DNA from: Octopus sinensis
Lineage: Eukaryota
DNA: 64,000 nucleotides
Assembly (NCBI RefSeq): GCF_006345805.1
Contig: NC_043014.1
Location: 47,864,001 to 47,928,000, forward strand
Direction of reading: 5' to 3'
Shown: in pieces, positions 36,831 through 49,057 of the stretch
Layout of the letters: every line of letters starts with the position of its first letter
Numbering within the stretch: position 1 is the first letter of the stretch
Translations under genes and position numbers: made by a program
Notes under the pieces: generated by a model
Seen by the model: the letters and a program-made list of their open reading frames with translations, nothing else
Databases searched by the model: none
Told to the model about the DNA's origin: nothing

Positions 36831-36898
36831 ACCACCTGATGAATGACTGTGACTTGAAAATTTAAAGAAATTAACAGCCATGAAACGATCGTAGTGAT
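36831..36898 (+). ncRNA. Minimal type I hammerhead ribozyme motif in a Penelope-like repeat fragment
   Basis: CTGATGA core, 8-bp stem II with one mismatch, GAAA, palindromic stem III ACGATCGT, GUA triplet, stem I ACCAC/GTGAT. Confidence 0.65.
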
Positions 36899-37399
36899 AT
36901 ATTAATTATATTTTTTTAATAATTTTGTTATATATTTAAATAATATAAATTAAATAATCTTATGTATTGGCTTAAGTTTTTCATTGTATGATTTGCCTAA
37001 TAGTGGTTTTGTCTCTAATTTAATATAATATATATAAATACACACATGCATGTATACACAAATACATGTGCGTGTGTGTGTGTGTGTACATACACACTGT
37101 ATACAGACAAGCACTACGTATATACATACACAAACAAACTATATATATACGTGTATGTATAGGATAATATAAATATATTTTGCTTTTTCTGTAAAAAGCA
37201 CTTTAGCTGAGAAAGTGACACATGGCCACAAAAGGTTGTCAACGAGTGATGCTGGAACAGAAGATATGTGTGGGAGGAGAAATGATGTAAAAGTGTTTGA
37301 AGGAGACGGCTGACAGTTAAGAGTTTCACAGCATCACTGCAGTTGCTACAGACAACATCATCATCATCTCAATGTTTTTAATCACCATAACAACAGCAT

Positions 37400-37570
37400 G
37401 TCTTGGCTACAATAGTTGGGCCGGTTTCATCAGTGGTCGGCTTGTGTGGGCAGCACAGGTTATAATAGCAGCTGTGCTGGTTTCACCAGTGGTCGGCTTT
37501 TGTGGGCAGCAAGGCTACAGTTAGTTGTGCCAGCCTCACCACCAGTGGTGGTCATGTGTGGGTAGCAAGA
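37400..37570. repeat. Three diverged about 56-bp tandem units
   Basis: caccagtggtcggct..tgtgggcagca recurs three times. Confidence 0.7.
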
Positions 37571-37661
37571 GTGTAGTGGACAAAAGAGTCCAATTATTGT
37601 TGAATGAGATCTTTAGAAATAAGTCCTTTGTTCAGTTTGTGAAGTAATGTCAGATGGTTTA

Positions 37662-37696
<35 letters not shown>

Positions 37697-37770
37697 TGTA
37701 TACATACGTGTGTGTGCGTGTGTGTGTGTATATCTTGATACTCTGTGGATTGAGATCCCCAATGAGAGGC

Positions 37771-38135
37771 TCTTTTACTCTTTTGCTTCTTTCAGTCACT
37801 TGACTGCGGCCATGCTGGAGCACTGCCTTTGGTCAAGCAAATCGACCCCAGGACTTATTCTTCGTAAGCCTAGTACTTATTCTATCGGTCTCTCTTGCCG
37901 AACCGCCAAGCTACAGGGACGTAAACACACCACCATCGGTTGTGAAACGATGCTGGGGGTGGGGGCAAACACAGACACACACACACAACAGGCTTCTTTC
38001 AGTTTCCGTCTACCAAATCCATTCAAGGCTTTGGTCGGCCTGAGGCTATAGTAGAAGACACTTGCCCAAGGTGCCACACAGTGGGAATGAACCCGGAACC
38101 ATGTGGTTGGTAAGCAAGCTACTTACCACACAACC
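37771..38135 (-). mobile_element. SINE family 1
   Basis: Near full-length copy. Confidence 0.85.
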
Positions 38136-39389
38136 GCTGTCGATAATAAATTGTTAAATATGTATAGAATGCAAATTAGTAGCTTGTGTTTTCTGAAGCT
38201 GTGATTTGATTTGCATATAAACAAACTGGCTACTTTTTTCTCTGGAATTGATCAAGTGATGGAGACACCATTGATCAGAGCTGAATAAGGTTTGAAAATC
38301 AATTACGGCTGTTCATTATTGTTTCAATCTATAGGTATACAGGGATGGCCATAAGTCACTTTATCCATTTCTTTATTATTTATAGAAATGGGTAAAGCAA
38401 CAGTCTTCTAACCTATGTCCTCTGCCCACTTTTTCTCTCACCAGACTTATGTTCCACTGACCCCGTCTATTAACAATACATACATCCAGGCTTGCCTCAT
38501 TTCTATCCAACCGTAACCCTTCTTCCATGTTTGATAACTATGCTTAGTCGACATGCAATAGCACACTTTGTACACTGCTTGATAATTATGGTTTCAAATT
38601 TTGGCACAAGGCTAGTAAGTTTAGGGAAGAGATAACTCAGTTTCATTGACCCCAGTGCCTAACCGATACTTATTTTATCAATGCCGAAAGAATAAAAAAA
38701 AAAAAAGTAAGCCACAGCAGAATTTGAACTCCGAATGTAAATATCCAGAAGAAAGGCCACAAAGCATTTTGTTCAACTCTCCAAAAATTCTGCCAGCTCG
38801 CTGCCATAACTAATTAATTAACAAATTAATTAATTAATAATTATTTCCCATATAGAAAATACTAAGCTAGACATTGCAATTGCATTTTAATGCTACTTTA
38901 TTTTTTTCAATCCCAAATGGAGGAAACGTAAAGTCAGTTGAGATGGGATTTCCACTCAGAATGTTATGGTTTGTAATTAAATGTGCTTTCAATTTTGCTA
39001 TGCACTACTGATAATTGTTATTTATGACTCAGTCAGAAGACCCAGAAATAATACTAATAATAATAATAATAGTAATAATACTCCTGTTGCTGGTAATTTT
39101 GAGAGGCAGGGAAGTCAATTACACCAACCCCGCAGCCCAACTGGTACTTATTTTATAGACCCCAAAAGGACGAAAAGCAAAGTCGACAACAGCTGAATTT
39201 GAACTCAGAACAAAAACAGGTGAAATACCACTAAGCATTTTGTTCAGGTAATGATTATGCCTGTTCACTGCCTTAATTAGGTATGAGATCAGGAATTTGT
39301 GAATCTCTTCCCTATTCTCTCATATTCACCTTCTCTGTACCTTTAGGGTACACTTAGCACCTCATCACCAATATCTTTGCTCACTTTCT

Positions 39390-39846
39390 ATCTTGCTGGG
39401 AGAGTTCTGTATCTCTTCTACAGCAAGACACAAATTACTACAGCACAAAGCCACTTCCCTCAATACTGCACCCTCACTCAGCTGTAGTGGAGAAGGCTAG
39501 CCACTGGATTTGGTTGAAAAGAGACGATGAGCGATGGCTAGAAGAATATTGAGCTTTATTTGATAACCAGCAGATCTAGCAAGTGGGGCCTCATATCAGT
39601 GAGGGGGGCCGGTGCGTATTGATGCCATTGAGAGGTAGGTCCCAAAACGGTGCACATTCTCTCCTGATGATACCATACACTTGCTGGCTTCCAGTATGCA
39701 GAGATTTTGACTGGTAGCACTTGCATGTGCAAGTTGTTTGCAAGACATCTAGCTGAGAGAGTCCTGTATCTCTTCTACAGCAAGACACTAGTTACTACAG
39801 CACAAAGCCACTTCCCTCAATACTGCACCCTCACTCAGTTGTAGTG
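39390..39846. repeat. About 100-bp direct repeats (39390-39489, 39748-39846) flanking a 258-bp core
   Basis: gagag.tc.tgtatctcttctacagcaagacac...ccctcactcag.tgtagtg occurs twice, period 358 bp. Confidence 0.9.
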
Positions 39847-40775
39847 TCTCATCTTGCAAGTTTCTTGAACATCCCACAAGTACTGGTGCCATGAAAAAAA
39901 TGCACACTGTGCTTTCTGTATATGGTTGGTGTTAGGAAGGGCATCCAACCATCGACACAATGCCAAAGCTGACATCAGAGCTCAACACAATCCTCCAGCT
40001 TGTTGGATCCTGTTGAATTGCTTGACCCATACTGGTAGGGAAGACAGAAGTTAAATGATCATGATGATAATGATGACTAATTGATCAAATTGATCCCCAA
40101 TATTTGGCTGGCACTTTATTGTACTGACCCTGAGAGGATGAAAGGCAAAATTGATCTTGACAGCATTTGAACTCAGAACGTAAAAGCATTTTATCTGTCA
40201 TTCAGGCAATTCTGCCAACCTACCACCCTAATAATAATAATAATATAATAATATATTCTGCTCAATACCACAGATTTGCTTGTCAGTTGTTTGACCTTAA
40301 CCAGTTGAGCAGGTCCCTTAGTGGGGGAGCATCATAGCCATGTGTTGAGAGGGATTCTTTGGGGTTTGAATAATTCGTCTTTGGAAACATGGGTGGTTCT
40401 TTCAACATCCTTAAACAACCCTTATTCAGGGACCTTTTGAGCGGGATGGGCTACTCAACCTGAAGAAAATTCTAACTGGGCCCCACCTGCAAGGTCATGT
40501 GCTGTTTATCTTGATATGAGATCACCATGTCGCGCACACATGGTTGTGATGCATGTGACTAGTGTACCCTTATCAGATGGGTAGTCATGATGGGTATACT
40601 GGGCTTCATATATTTTACCCCAGTGTCACTTTGATGGCATGCACTGCTCTCTCACTCAATAATAATAATAATTCTTTCTACTATAGGTACAAGGCCTGTG
40701 ATTCTTGGGGGAGGGAGATTAGTCGATTACAACGACCCCAGTGTTTCACTAGTACTTAATAATTTATCAACCCCC

Positions 40776-40811
<36 letters not shown>

Positions 40812-40899
40812 TAGTTCCATTTGAATGCAACTGGTGTTAGGTGGATTGGTGAAGGTATATAGTAAGTAATAAAACAATTATAATACATGCCTGCCCTAC

Positions 40900-41119
40900 C
40901 TGCCACTGGTTAAGACAAGGAGTACAAAGCAGGTGACCACAAGGTTCTATGCGGATATCCTTATCATTTTCAGCACATATTTTGCACAGCTGGAAAGTTG
41001 AGCCCATCTCACAGTAGAGTTCATATTGCTCCTGAGTAACTTTTATATGGTCCTCCTGACAGTCCTGGACGAGGAAACTTAAGTCTGGATTGATACTCCG
41101 ACCATCGGGATAGAGAAAA
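40900..41119 (-). CDS. CBL: Cbl exon, linker helix and RING N-half: (F)[73 protein letters not shown]
   Basis: [25 protein letters not shown] is identical to the CBL linker/RING; C3HC4 ligands present. Acceptor ctttgcag, donor gtaggg; 220 nt, phase 2 to 0. Confidence 0.98.
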
Positions 41120-41300
41120 CTGCAAAGTAGAAGCAGAAACAGTATGGCTGTGTTAATATTGAAGATATATTAATTACACAAACACACACACACATGATAT
41201 ATATATATAAAGTTAATCCAAACAAGAAAGCACACAAAAAAACACAACAACGCGAGGACGTGGAACAAATAAAGTATTATTGGACACTCAGGAAAGGAGG

Positions 41301-41335
41301 GTTTAACGTTTCGAGCAGAGCTCTTCGTCGGAAAC
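41301..41335 (-). ncRNA. Variant minimal hammerhead motif (U4C, extra A after A9) in a Penelope-like repeat
   Basis: GTTT-CCGACGA-A-GAGC-TCT-GCTC-GAAACGTT-AAAC on the minus strand. Confidence 0.45.
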
Positions 41336-41417
41336 ATAGGAGAAGGAAAGATCCAGAGAAGGGAAGACAGAGGAAAAAAAATCGACAACGGTACACAAGA
41401 GGTCACATTTTGAAAGC

Positions 41418-41448
<31 letters not shown>

Positions 41449-41661
41449 CATGATAGATCGTTAGCCACAACACACATTTTTTATCCTCTCCTTGTTTTTT
41501 TCTGTGTCCCTTTCTGTAGAAGAGCGTAGGCTCAAAACATAAAAGACTTTTTCTATTCCTGAGCGTTATACTAATACACCTGTTTGTTTTGTACACCACC
41601 TGTCTTTGTCTCTTGTTTTTTTCGTAAACTCTCCCTAAATATATATATTAATATTTATGAA

Positions 41662-41714
<53 letters not shown>

Positions 41715-42110
41715 ACAGAGAGGCATTAAAGTGTGTTAAATCAGTATCAAATTAGTGATGCCATATAGGCAGTGCCAAAACATCTCAATCACCTGATACC
41801 ATTAACGAGCCTGTTAATTAGTTGTTGTTACTACCAGTTTCTCCAGTTTTAAGAATTAGAAAACTATTTCCCATGAACAGGGTTTTGGTATCATGGAATC
41901 AGAGGAAACTGATGTCAGAAAAAAAAAAAAAAAAAAAAAAGGAGTGTTGTAGTTTCAAATGTCTTTTCTGCAAGGAAAGGAAGAAGTTTGAGGTTTCAGG
42001 TTAGAAATTCTTTACCGAGGAAGTGAGGAGAGAGAGAAATAGATCTGTGGGTTGTGGTTGAAATGTATCACTGCTTCTAGCTTTGTTTCATCTGTGAACA
42101 CTCCAAACAC

Positions 42111-42540
42111 TCTCTTTACTCTTTTATTTGTTTCAGTCATTCGACTGTAGCCATGCTGGAGCACCGCCTTTAGTCGAGCTAATCGACCCCAGGACTTATT
42201 CTTTGTAAGCCCAGTACTTATTCTATCGGCCTCTTTTGCCGAACCACTAAGTGACGGGGATGTAAACACACCAGCATCGGTTGTCAAGCAATGCTAGGGG
42301 GACAAACACAGACACACAAACATATATACACACACATACATACATACATATATATATATATATACACACATATATACAACAGGCTTCTTTCAGTTTCCAT
42401 CTACCAAATCCACTCACAAGGCTTTGGTCAGCCCGAGGCTATAGCAGAAGACACTTGCCCAAGGTGCCACGTTGTGGGACTGAACCCAGAACCATGTGGT
42501 TCGTAAGCAAGTTGCTTACCACACAGCCACTCCTGCGCCT
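42111..42540 (-). mobile_element. SINE family 1
   Basis: Full-length copy. Confidence 0.9.
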
Positions 42541-43660
42541 ATTCTCTTCCACTCTAAAACACATGATGGCTAAACATTTCTCCGTTTACTTTTCTCCTCG
42601 TTTTAGGTTTTGAGGAGTGTGGAACCATCTCTTAGCTACTACTTTTCCCAGGTCCACTCTGACCCCAGAATAGTATCACCTAACAAAGTTCCAACTATGT
42701 GTCAATTTAGTAAAGTGAACGTGTATTTGCAGGCTGATTTCATTTCTGCCAACACTGACTTCAAGTATGTAATTACAGCCAATAACTTGGGCTCCTTTTA
42801 TTGAGCCTGGTCGCAGTTTATTTACTTTCGTTTAGAGTCTGGCGGCTGTCTTAGAGGTGCCCTGTGCCAAAAAATATCATTTGTAGCAGACTTTCTCTCG
42901 ACATTGTTCACATGTGCCTAACTCAGGCTCAGAAGTTACAACCCGAGTTGTTATCTATAATTGTAAAACTTAAAAGTAATTCAATTTCAATATTTTCTTG
43001 AAACAATAAATTTCTCTAGAGATTAGGATTTAAATTTCCATCTATGAAAAGTTTATATTCCAAAACATTCTGAAAGGAACAAAAAATTATCCAGCAACTC
43101 AGGCTAATACGAACAAGCTTGGTAGGTGTAAAAGACTAACTGGTATCTCTTGTCAAGAGAACAGGCAACAGTTAGATTGCTAATGTTTGGTGTGCACTCT
43201 GCTGTCATTATTTGATTGCTGTTATTCTGTGCGTTTGTGCATAAAGATCAGTTGTATTTTGCAGGGTTGCTTTATTTTAACCCCTAACTTAGAAATGGAG
43301 AAAGACATAGTGCTAGATATTAAAAAAAAAAAAGTTATTTGGGGCTAGAAATAAAGTGGAAAAGAGTGAAATTCTTCGAGCAGGAATGTTGTCTTATGCA
43401 AAATCTGTGATGAGCCCGAATGATGCTGATGACCTGGAGCCGCCTCTGATACACACACTTCAGATCTCACACACAATGTGGAGCTCTAGGTATCTAAGGC
43501 TACCTAAATGTAGACTGAACTTCAGCAGGTGAAGCCCGATCAGCTATGACTGACCACACATACAACAGTACACTGAAACCTCATACAGACAAGGACCATT
43601 CAATCACCTAAACCAACAATAACAACAATAGACAACAACAACAATACTGAGAATACTTAC

Positions 43661-43798
43661 AAGCTTTCTCTTTGGCCATCAAGCAAAGCTTGACAAAGAG
43701 ATTTATTTTGTGGAATTGTTTGTAAAATTTGGCCATCTGTGGTGACATAGCCTATTGCCCACTGGCCAAGACGTGTGCAGCTCAACCGGAAAACATAG
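43661..43798 (-). CDS. CBL: Cbl exon, SH2-like subdomain of TKB: (S)[45 protein letters not shown](F)
   Basis: Matches [44 protein letters not shown]. Acceptor ctttccag, donor gtaagt; 138 nt, phase 2 to 2. Confidence 0.97.
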
Positions 43799-43891
43799 CT
43801 GGAAAGAGAAAATGTATGAGTCTTAAATGCAACAAACTTTATAAGCTATGCATGCGTGTGTGTGTGTGTGTACATATATGTATGTATGTAT

Positions 43892-44086
43892 ACTCTTTTA
43901 CTTGTTTCAGTCATTTGACTGCGGCCATGCTGGAGCACCGCCTTTAATCGAGCAACTCGACCCCGGGACTTATTCTTTTGTAAGCCCAGTACTTATTCTA
44001 TCGGTCTCTTTTGCCGAACCGCTAAGTAACGGGGACATCAACACACCAGCATCGGTTGTCAAGCAATGCTAGGGGGACAAACACAA

Positions 44087-44117
<31 letters not shown>

Positions 44118-44311
44118 GAAATTCGGGGTGAGTACTATATATATATACATATATACGACGGGCTTCTTTCAGTTTCCGTCTACCAAATCCACTCACAAGG
44201 CTTTGGTCGGCCCGAGGCTATAGTAGAAGACACTTGCCCAAGGTGCCACGCAATGGGACTGAACCCGGAACAATGTGGTTGGTAAACAAGCTACTTACCA
44301 CACAGCCACTC
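43892..44311 (-). mobile_element. SINE family 1, about 95 nt upstream of the SH2-like exon acceptor
   Basis: Near full-length copy. Confidence 0.9.
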
Positions 44312-44759
44312 ATATACATATTTTTTTAATGTTTTTAATAAGTGCATTATACATGACACCAGCACGAGTATGTTTTAAGTGGTATATATATATATATATA
44401 TATTACTGGTGCCACTTATAAAGCACTAGTGCTGGTATCATGTAAAATGTACATGCGCTGGCGCCATGTGAAAACCATCCACTACACTCTGTAAAGTGAT
44501 CGACATTAGGAAGGTCTTCCAGGCATAGAAACAATACCAGAAAAAACAATGGAGCCTGGTGTGACCACCAGCCTTACCACCTCCTGCCAAACCATCCAAC
44601 CCTTGATAAATAGATGTCAAATGATAATGATGATATACATACATACATACACACACATATCTACATCATCATCACGCATGTGTTTTTGTGTTATGTATGT
44701 ATGTATGGCTGGCTTTTTTATTCTTTGGAACCTCCTGGCAAACAAATGGTTAGTTTCTT

Positions 44760-44990
44760 ATTTCTTTATTGCCCACAAGGGGCTACACACAGAGGAGACA
44801 AACAAGGTCAGACAAAGGGATTAAGTTAATTACATCAACCCCAGTGCGTAACTGGTACTTAATTTATCGACCCCGAAAGGATGAAAGGCAAAGTTGACCT
44901 CGGTGGAATTTGAACTCAGGACGTAATGGCAGACGAATTACCACTAAGCATTTTGCCCAGCGTGTTAACGCTTCTGCCAGCTCACTGCCT
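44760..44990 (-). mobile_element. SINE family 2
   Basis: Full-length copy. Confidence 0.85.
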
Positions 44991-45178
44991 TTGGTTAGTT
45001 TCTATTAAGCAAAACGCCAGCATCAGAATTTACATGGCAACATTAAGAGTGATGTGTCTCATATATTTTCATCTTAAATTAATGCAACACAGGTTTGCTA
45101 GCCCTTTTCGACTTTTGAAGCCACATTTTTCCACACTATTGTTTATAATAGTTAGTAATATAACAACACACAGTAACA

Positions 45179-45369
45179 ATTCTGTTGTGTCTGGGGAGAG
45201 TCGAAATTTTCGTTGCGTCTTGCAAATGGACAGACTATTGAAAAAGTTGCAAAACGCAATGAAAATTTTAGGAAAATAAAAATAAGAAATAAGTGGAAAT
45301 TTTTACCGGTGAGTGTGTTACATTATAAGGCACAAAAAGAAAATGGCTCTCCCCAGACACAACAAAATA
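45179..45369. mobile_element. Small MITE-like element
   Basis: About 24-bp inverted repeats attctgttgtgtctggggagagtc / ggctctccccagacacaacaaaat. Confidence 0.5.
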
Positions 45370-45869
45370 TGCTTCAACACATGAACTCATATAAAGAATC
45401 TTGCAAACCAAATCCAAAAACCACACACAGTAACAATGATTATGCGTAAAAATCTGGTTAGAGAAGCTGTATTTCTCACGGCCATTGTCCACGGATGAAC
45501 TGTTTACATACGTTGCCCAAAAGATCTCTAGAGCAACATATTTTTGTTGTCAATCCTAGGTCTTTTATAGTGATGGTGGCAGCGCAAATAATGACTATGG
45601 TGGTGGTGGTGGTGGTGCCCCTAATGACCGAGGTGGTATTTATAAAAACTGGTGGTAGTGATGTTGTTCTAACAAATAATTATCAACCAACACATGCAGT
45701 AATTATCAATGTTAATAAAGAAACCACTTAACAAGGCTTGGTATTAATTAATTAGTTACAAATCATTACTGGTTCCATCCCTTATTGCCAACATTCTTTT
45801 AGTTCCAGTTACATAACTGGAGGCCATTGGTCGTCAAGTGGATAATGTACTTGATTGAGGATCAGGAGT

Positions 45870-46099
45870 TTAACCCTTTAGCATTCAAACCGGCTATATC
45901 CGGCCAGAATATTTAACCTGTTTTATATTGAAACTGACCAGATCTCGCCTCTCACCTCAGCCCTACCATGTCATTCTAAAACTAAATAATCACATCACTG
46001 AAATATCTAAACAATAAAGATAATGCATGTTTAATTCAAAACAATATAAATAAACAAACATCACATTTGACAGAATAATCTGAACACTAAAGGGTTTAA
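45870..46099. mobile_element. TTAA-flanked MITE family B copy
   Basis: ttaaccctttagcattcaaaccgg...aacactaaagggtttaa. Confidence 0.75.
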
Positions 46100-46220
46100 A
46101 CCAACTGATATCATTGTGTATTTTAGTTTCTATAACCTCAATTCATGTTAGATATCAAGAATGAGATAAATTTTTAAAATACAAATAAGAGAAGATAGAA
46201 CCAACAGCCATGGATAGCCC

Positions 46221-46593
46221 TTAACCCTTTCGTTACTGTATTTATTTTGAGATGCTCCGTTTTCTTTTAATTAATTTTAAAAATAACAAAGGATTTAGTA
46301 AAATAACTTAATTATCATTAAGCCGGTGTTTGGTGGAAGATTTTAATTCAAAACTTAAGAAAACAAGACATTTGTACTACAGAACCAGAGCCGGGTTGGT
46401 ATCGAAAGGGTTAGGAATTGTGTCTCTGTTATATATTTTAACCCTTTCATTACTGTAATTCAAAACTTAGTTATCATTCAGCTAGTGTTAAGAACATAAA
46501 TTGTGACTAAGGTTTGGTGGAAGATTTTAATTCAAAACTTAAGAAAACAAGAGCCAGAGCCGGTTTCAGCCGGGTTGGTATCGAAAGGGTTAA
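46221..46593. mobile_element. Two adjacent, internally deleted family A MITE copies in reverse orientation (46221-46414, 46438-46593)
   Basis: Both end in ccgggttggtatcgaaaggg-TTA(A/G). Confidence 0.75.
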
Positions 46594-47945
46594 TAATCTT
46601 GCCACTAGAAAGACTCATGTAATTGATGTCTCTAAAGTGACAAATTGGCAGTCATGTTGGAAAGAATGCTCCAGGGTGTCTGTTTGAACTCTCTATGCTC
46701 TGAGTCAAAATCCTACCATGATCAACAATAACTTTATCAATGGTAGTTCTGTAGTTTTAGCTATCACCACCATGACCATGCTGCAGCATTACATATATTC
46801 CAGCTGTACAAAAGCTTAAAAATAACCTACCATTAGGTTTTGGATGCCAGACTAGAGAGGGAGTGGTGAGAGCAATTAAACCCTGGAATCCCACATTTAT
46901 CTTTCAGAGGCAATAAAAAAAAGTATCCATTCCTTTTGATGCTAGGTTCAAATTATCATCATCGATTACACAAATCAATTTTTAAAGAAATGATTTATCA
47001 TTGTGCTGGTACCAAGTAAAAAGCACCCAGTACACTCTGTAAAGGTGGTTGACATTAGGAAGGGCATCTAGCTGTAGAAACCAAGCGAAAACAGACTATG
47101 AAAGATGGTGTGGCCCCTGGCCTTTCCAGTTCTTGTCTAGCCATCCAACCCATGCCAGTATGGAAAATAGAAATTAAATGTTGATGATAATTGTCATCAA
47201 TTTAACAAACATTTACACACATTGACAACACTTGATCACAAAGGCTTTGAAAATAGAAGATACTATTCTAAGCAGCTAAATGACTTTCTCTAATTGTGCC
47301 AACATTATAAGAAAGCTAGTCTTCCTCTCCATTCCCACTGACTACACTACAGCTCCTTAAATGGTTCACCAATGAAGAGAGAATAAGATGTAAACAGCCA
47401 CTATAATAGAGCAGGTATCCTCAACCGAATTTGGAAGTGACTGAGTTAAAAGTTGGTTGTGGTAATGCAGTTAAATAGTTCCAATTAACGAAACATGAGC
47501 CCTGTCAGCTGCCCTCTTAGAATGCAAAATGGAAATTGGATCAGCTATAATGTGGCCCAATTCAGGCGACGATAACATTACGTCCTATTTCTACACAGTT
47601 GACAGTTCTGGTGACTGGTCCACTTCAACAAATTATGGTTCAACTTTCAACTAATGTAAGTTTAAATTGAAAAAGAAAACTTAAAAGCAAATGTAACAAG
47701 CATGCCACTGCAAAGATCCTGTTCTAATCACACCAATAAACTCATTTTCCTGTTTGAAATATTATCTCAATAGTAACAGATAATGTTAAATAGAGAGTAG
47801 GTCAGTGGAATTTAGAAAATTATAATGTATTATGTAAAAAAAACAGTTTACAATTAACTATTTTAACTCACTAATAAGTGGCTATTTAACCCAGATGGGA
47901 GGACTAAAAACTGAAGTTATTCCAAAAATTACTCTCTTGGGACTC

Positions 47946-48265
47946 ATCATCATGATCATCATCATCATGATCATCATTGTCGTTTAACGTCCACTTTCCA
48001 TGCTGGCATGGGTTGGACAGTTTGACTGAGGGCTGGCAAGCCAGAAGGCTGCACCAGACTCCAATCCAATCTAGCAATGTTTCTATAGCTGGATGCCCTT
48101 CCTAACATCAACCAATCCGAGAGTGTAGTGAGTGCTATTTATGTGCCGCTGGCATGAGAGCCAGTCCGGCGGTACTGGCATCAGCTACACTCAAATGGTG
48201 CTTTTTACGTGCCACCAGCATAGAGGCCAGTAAGGCGGCACTGGAAACAAACACACTTGAATAGT
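47946..48265 (-). mobile_element. SINE family 3
   Basis: (CAT)n on plus strand followed by gtttaacgtccactttccatgc. Confidence 0.8.
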
Positions 48266-48829
48266 ACTTTTTGGATGCCAGACTACAGAGGGAGTGGTGA
48301 GAGCAATTAAATCCTGGAATCCCACATTCTGGAAATATGGAACTTAATTTGTTTTTTGTTGTCTTTTTAAAATTTTTTTCTGCTTTCTGAAAGACAACAT
48401 TTCTATAAAAGACGGGGCAGAAGGATCTCTAGAGATGACTAAGTAACATTCGGGATATATTAAAGTAGGCAAATGGTGTGTGTCTCGGTGGTTGTCAGTG
48501 TTTAATCAGATGTTTGAGCAGACCTATAACTAAGAACTTTCAGCCATGACCATCCCATCTTTTTATATAACCTTGACTACATTATCCGATGTGTCCATCA
48601 TATTGTAAGATGGCAGATGTGATTTGAGATTTGATCACTATTTGTAGTAAGTTAAGTGGCTACACAGAGAGTCCTTTACTTGTGGCTGTTGCCTGGTTGA
48701 CTTCCTCTCCCATAAGGATACAGTTTGTTATGGCCTGGGATTACAAACAGGGAAAAGATGACTGACATCACATGAAGTTAGTAGAGTCACCATGAGCAGT
48801 AATAATGAGTTGTACATTAATAAAGTATT

Positions 48830-49057
48830 TTAACCCTTTCAATACCAACCCGGCTGAAACCGGCTCTTGCTTTGAGTACAAATGTCTTGTTTTCATAAGT
48901 TTTGAATTAAAATCTTCCACCAAACCTTAATCACAATTTATGTTCCTAACACTAGCTTAATGATAACAAAGTTATTTTACTAAATTCTTTACTATATTTA
49001 AAGTAATTGAAAGAAACACAGAATATCTCAAAATAAATATGGTAACGAAAGGGTTAA
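48830..49057. mobile_element. piggyBac-type MITE family A copy
   Basis: TTAA flanks and shared internal sequence. Confidence 0.8.
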
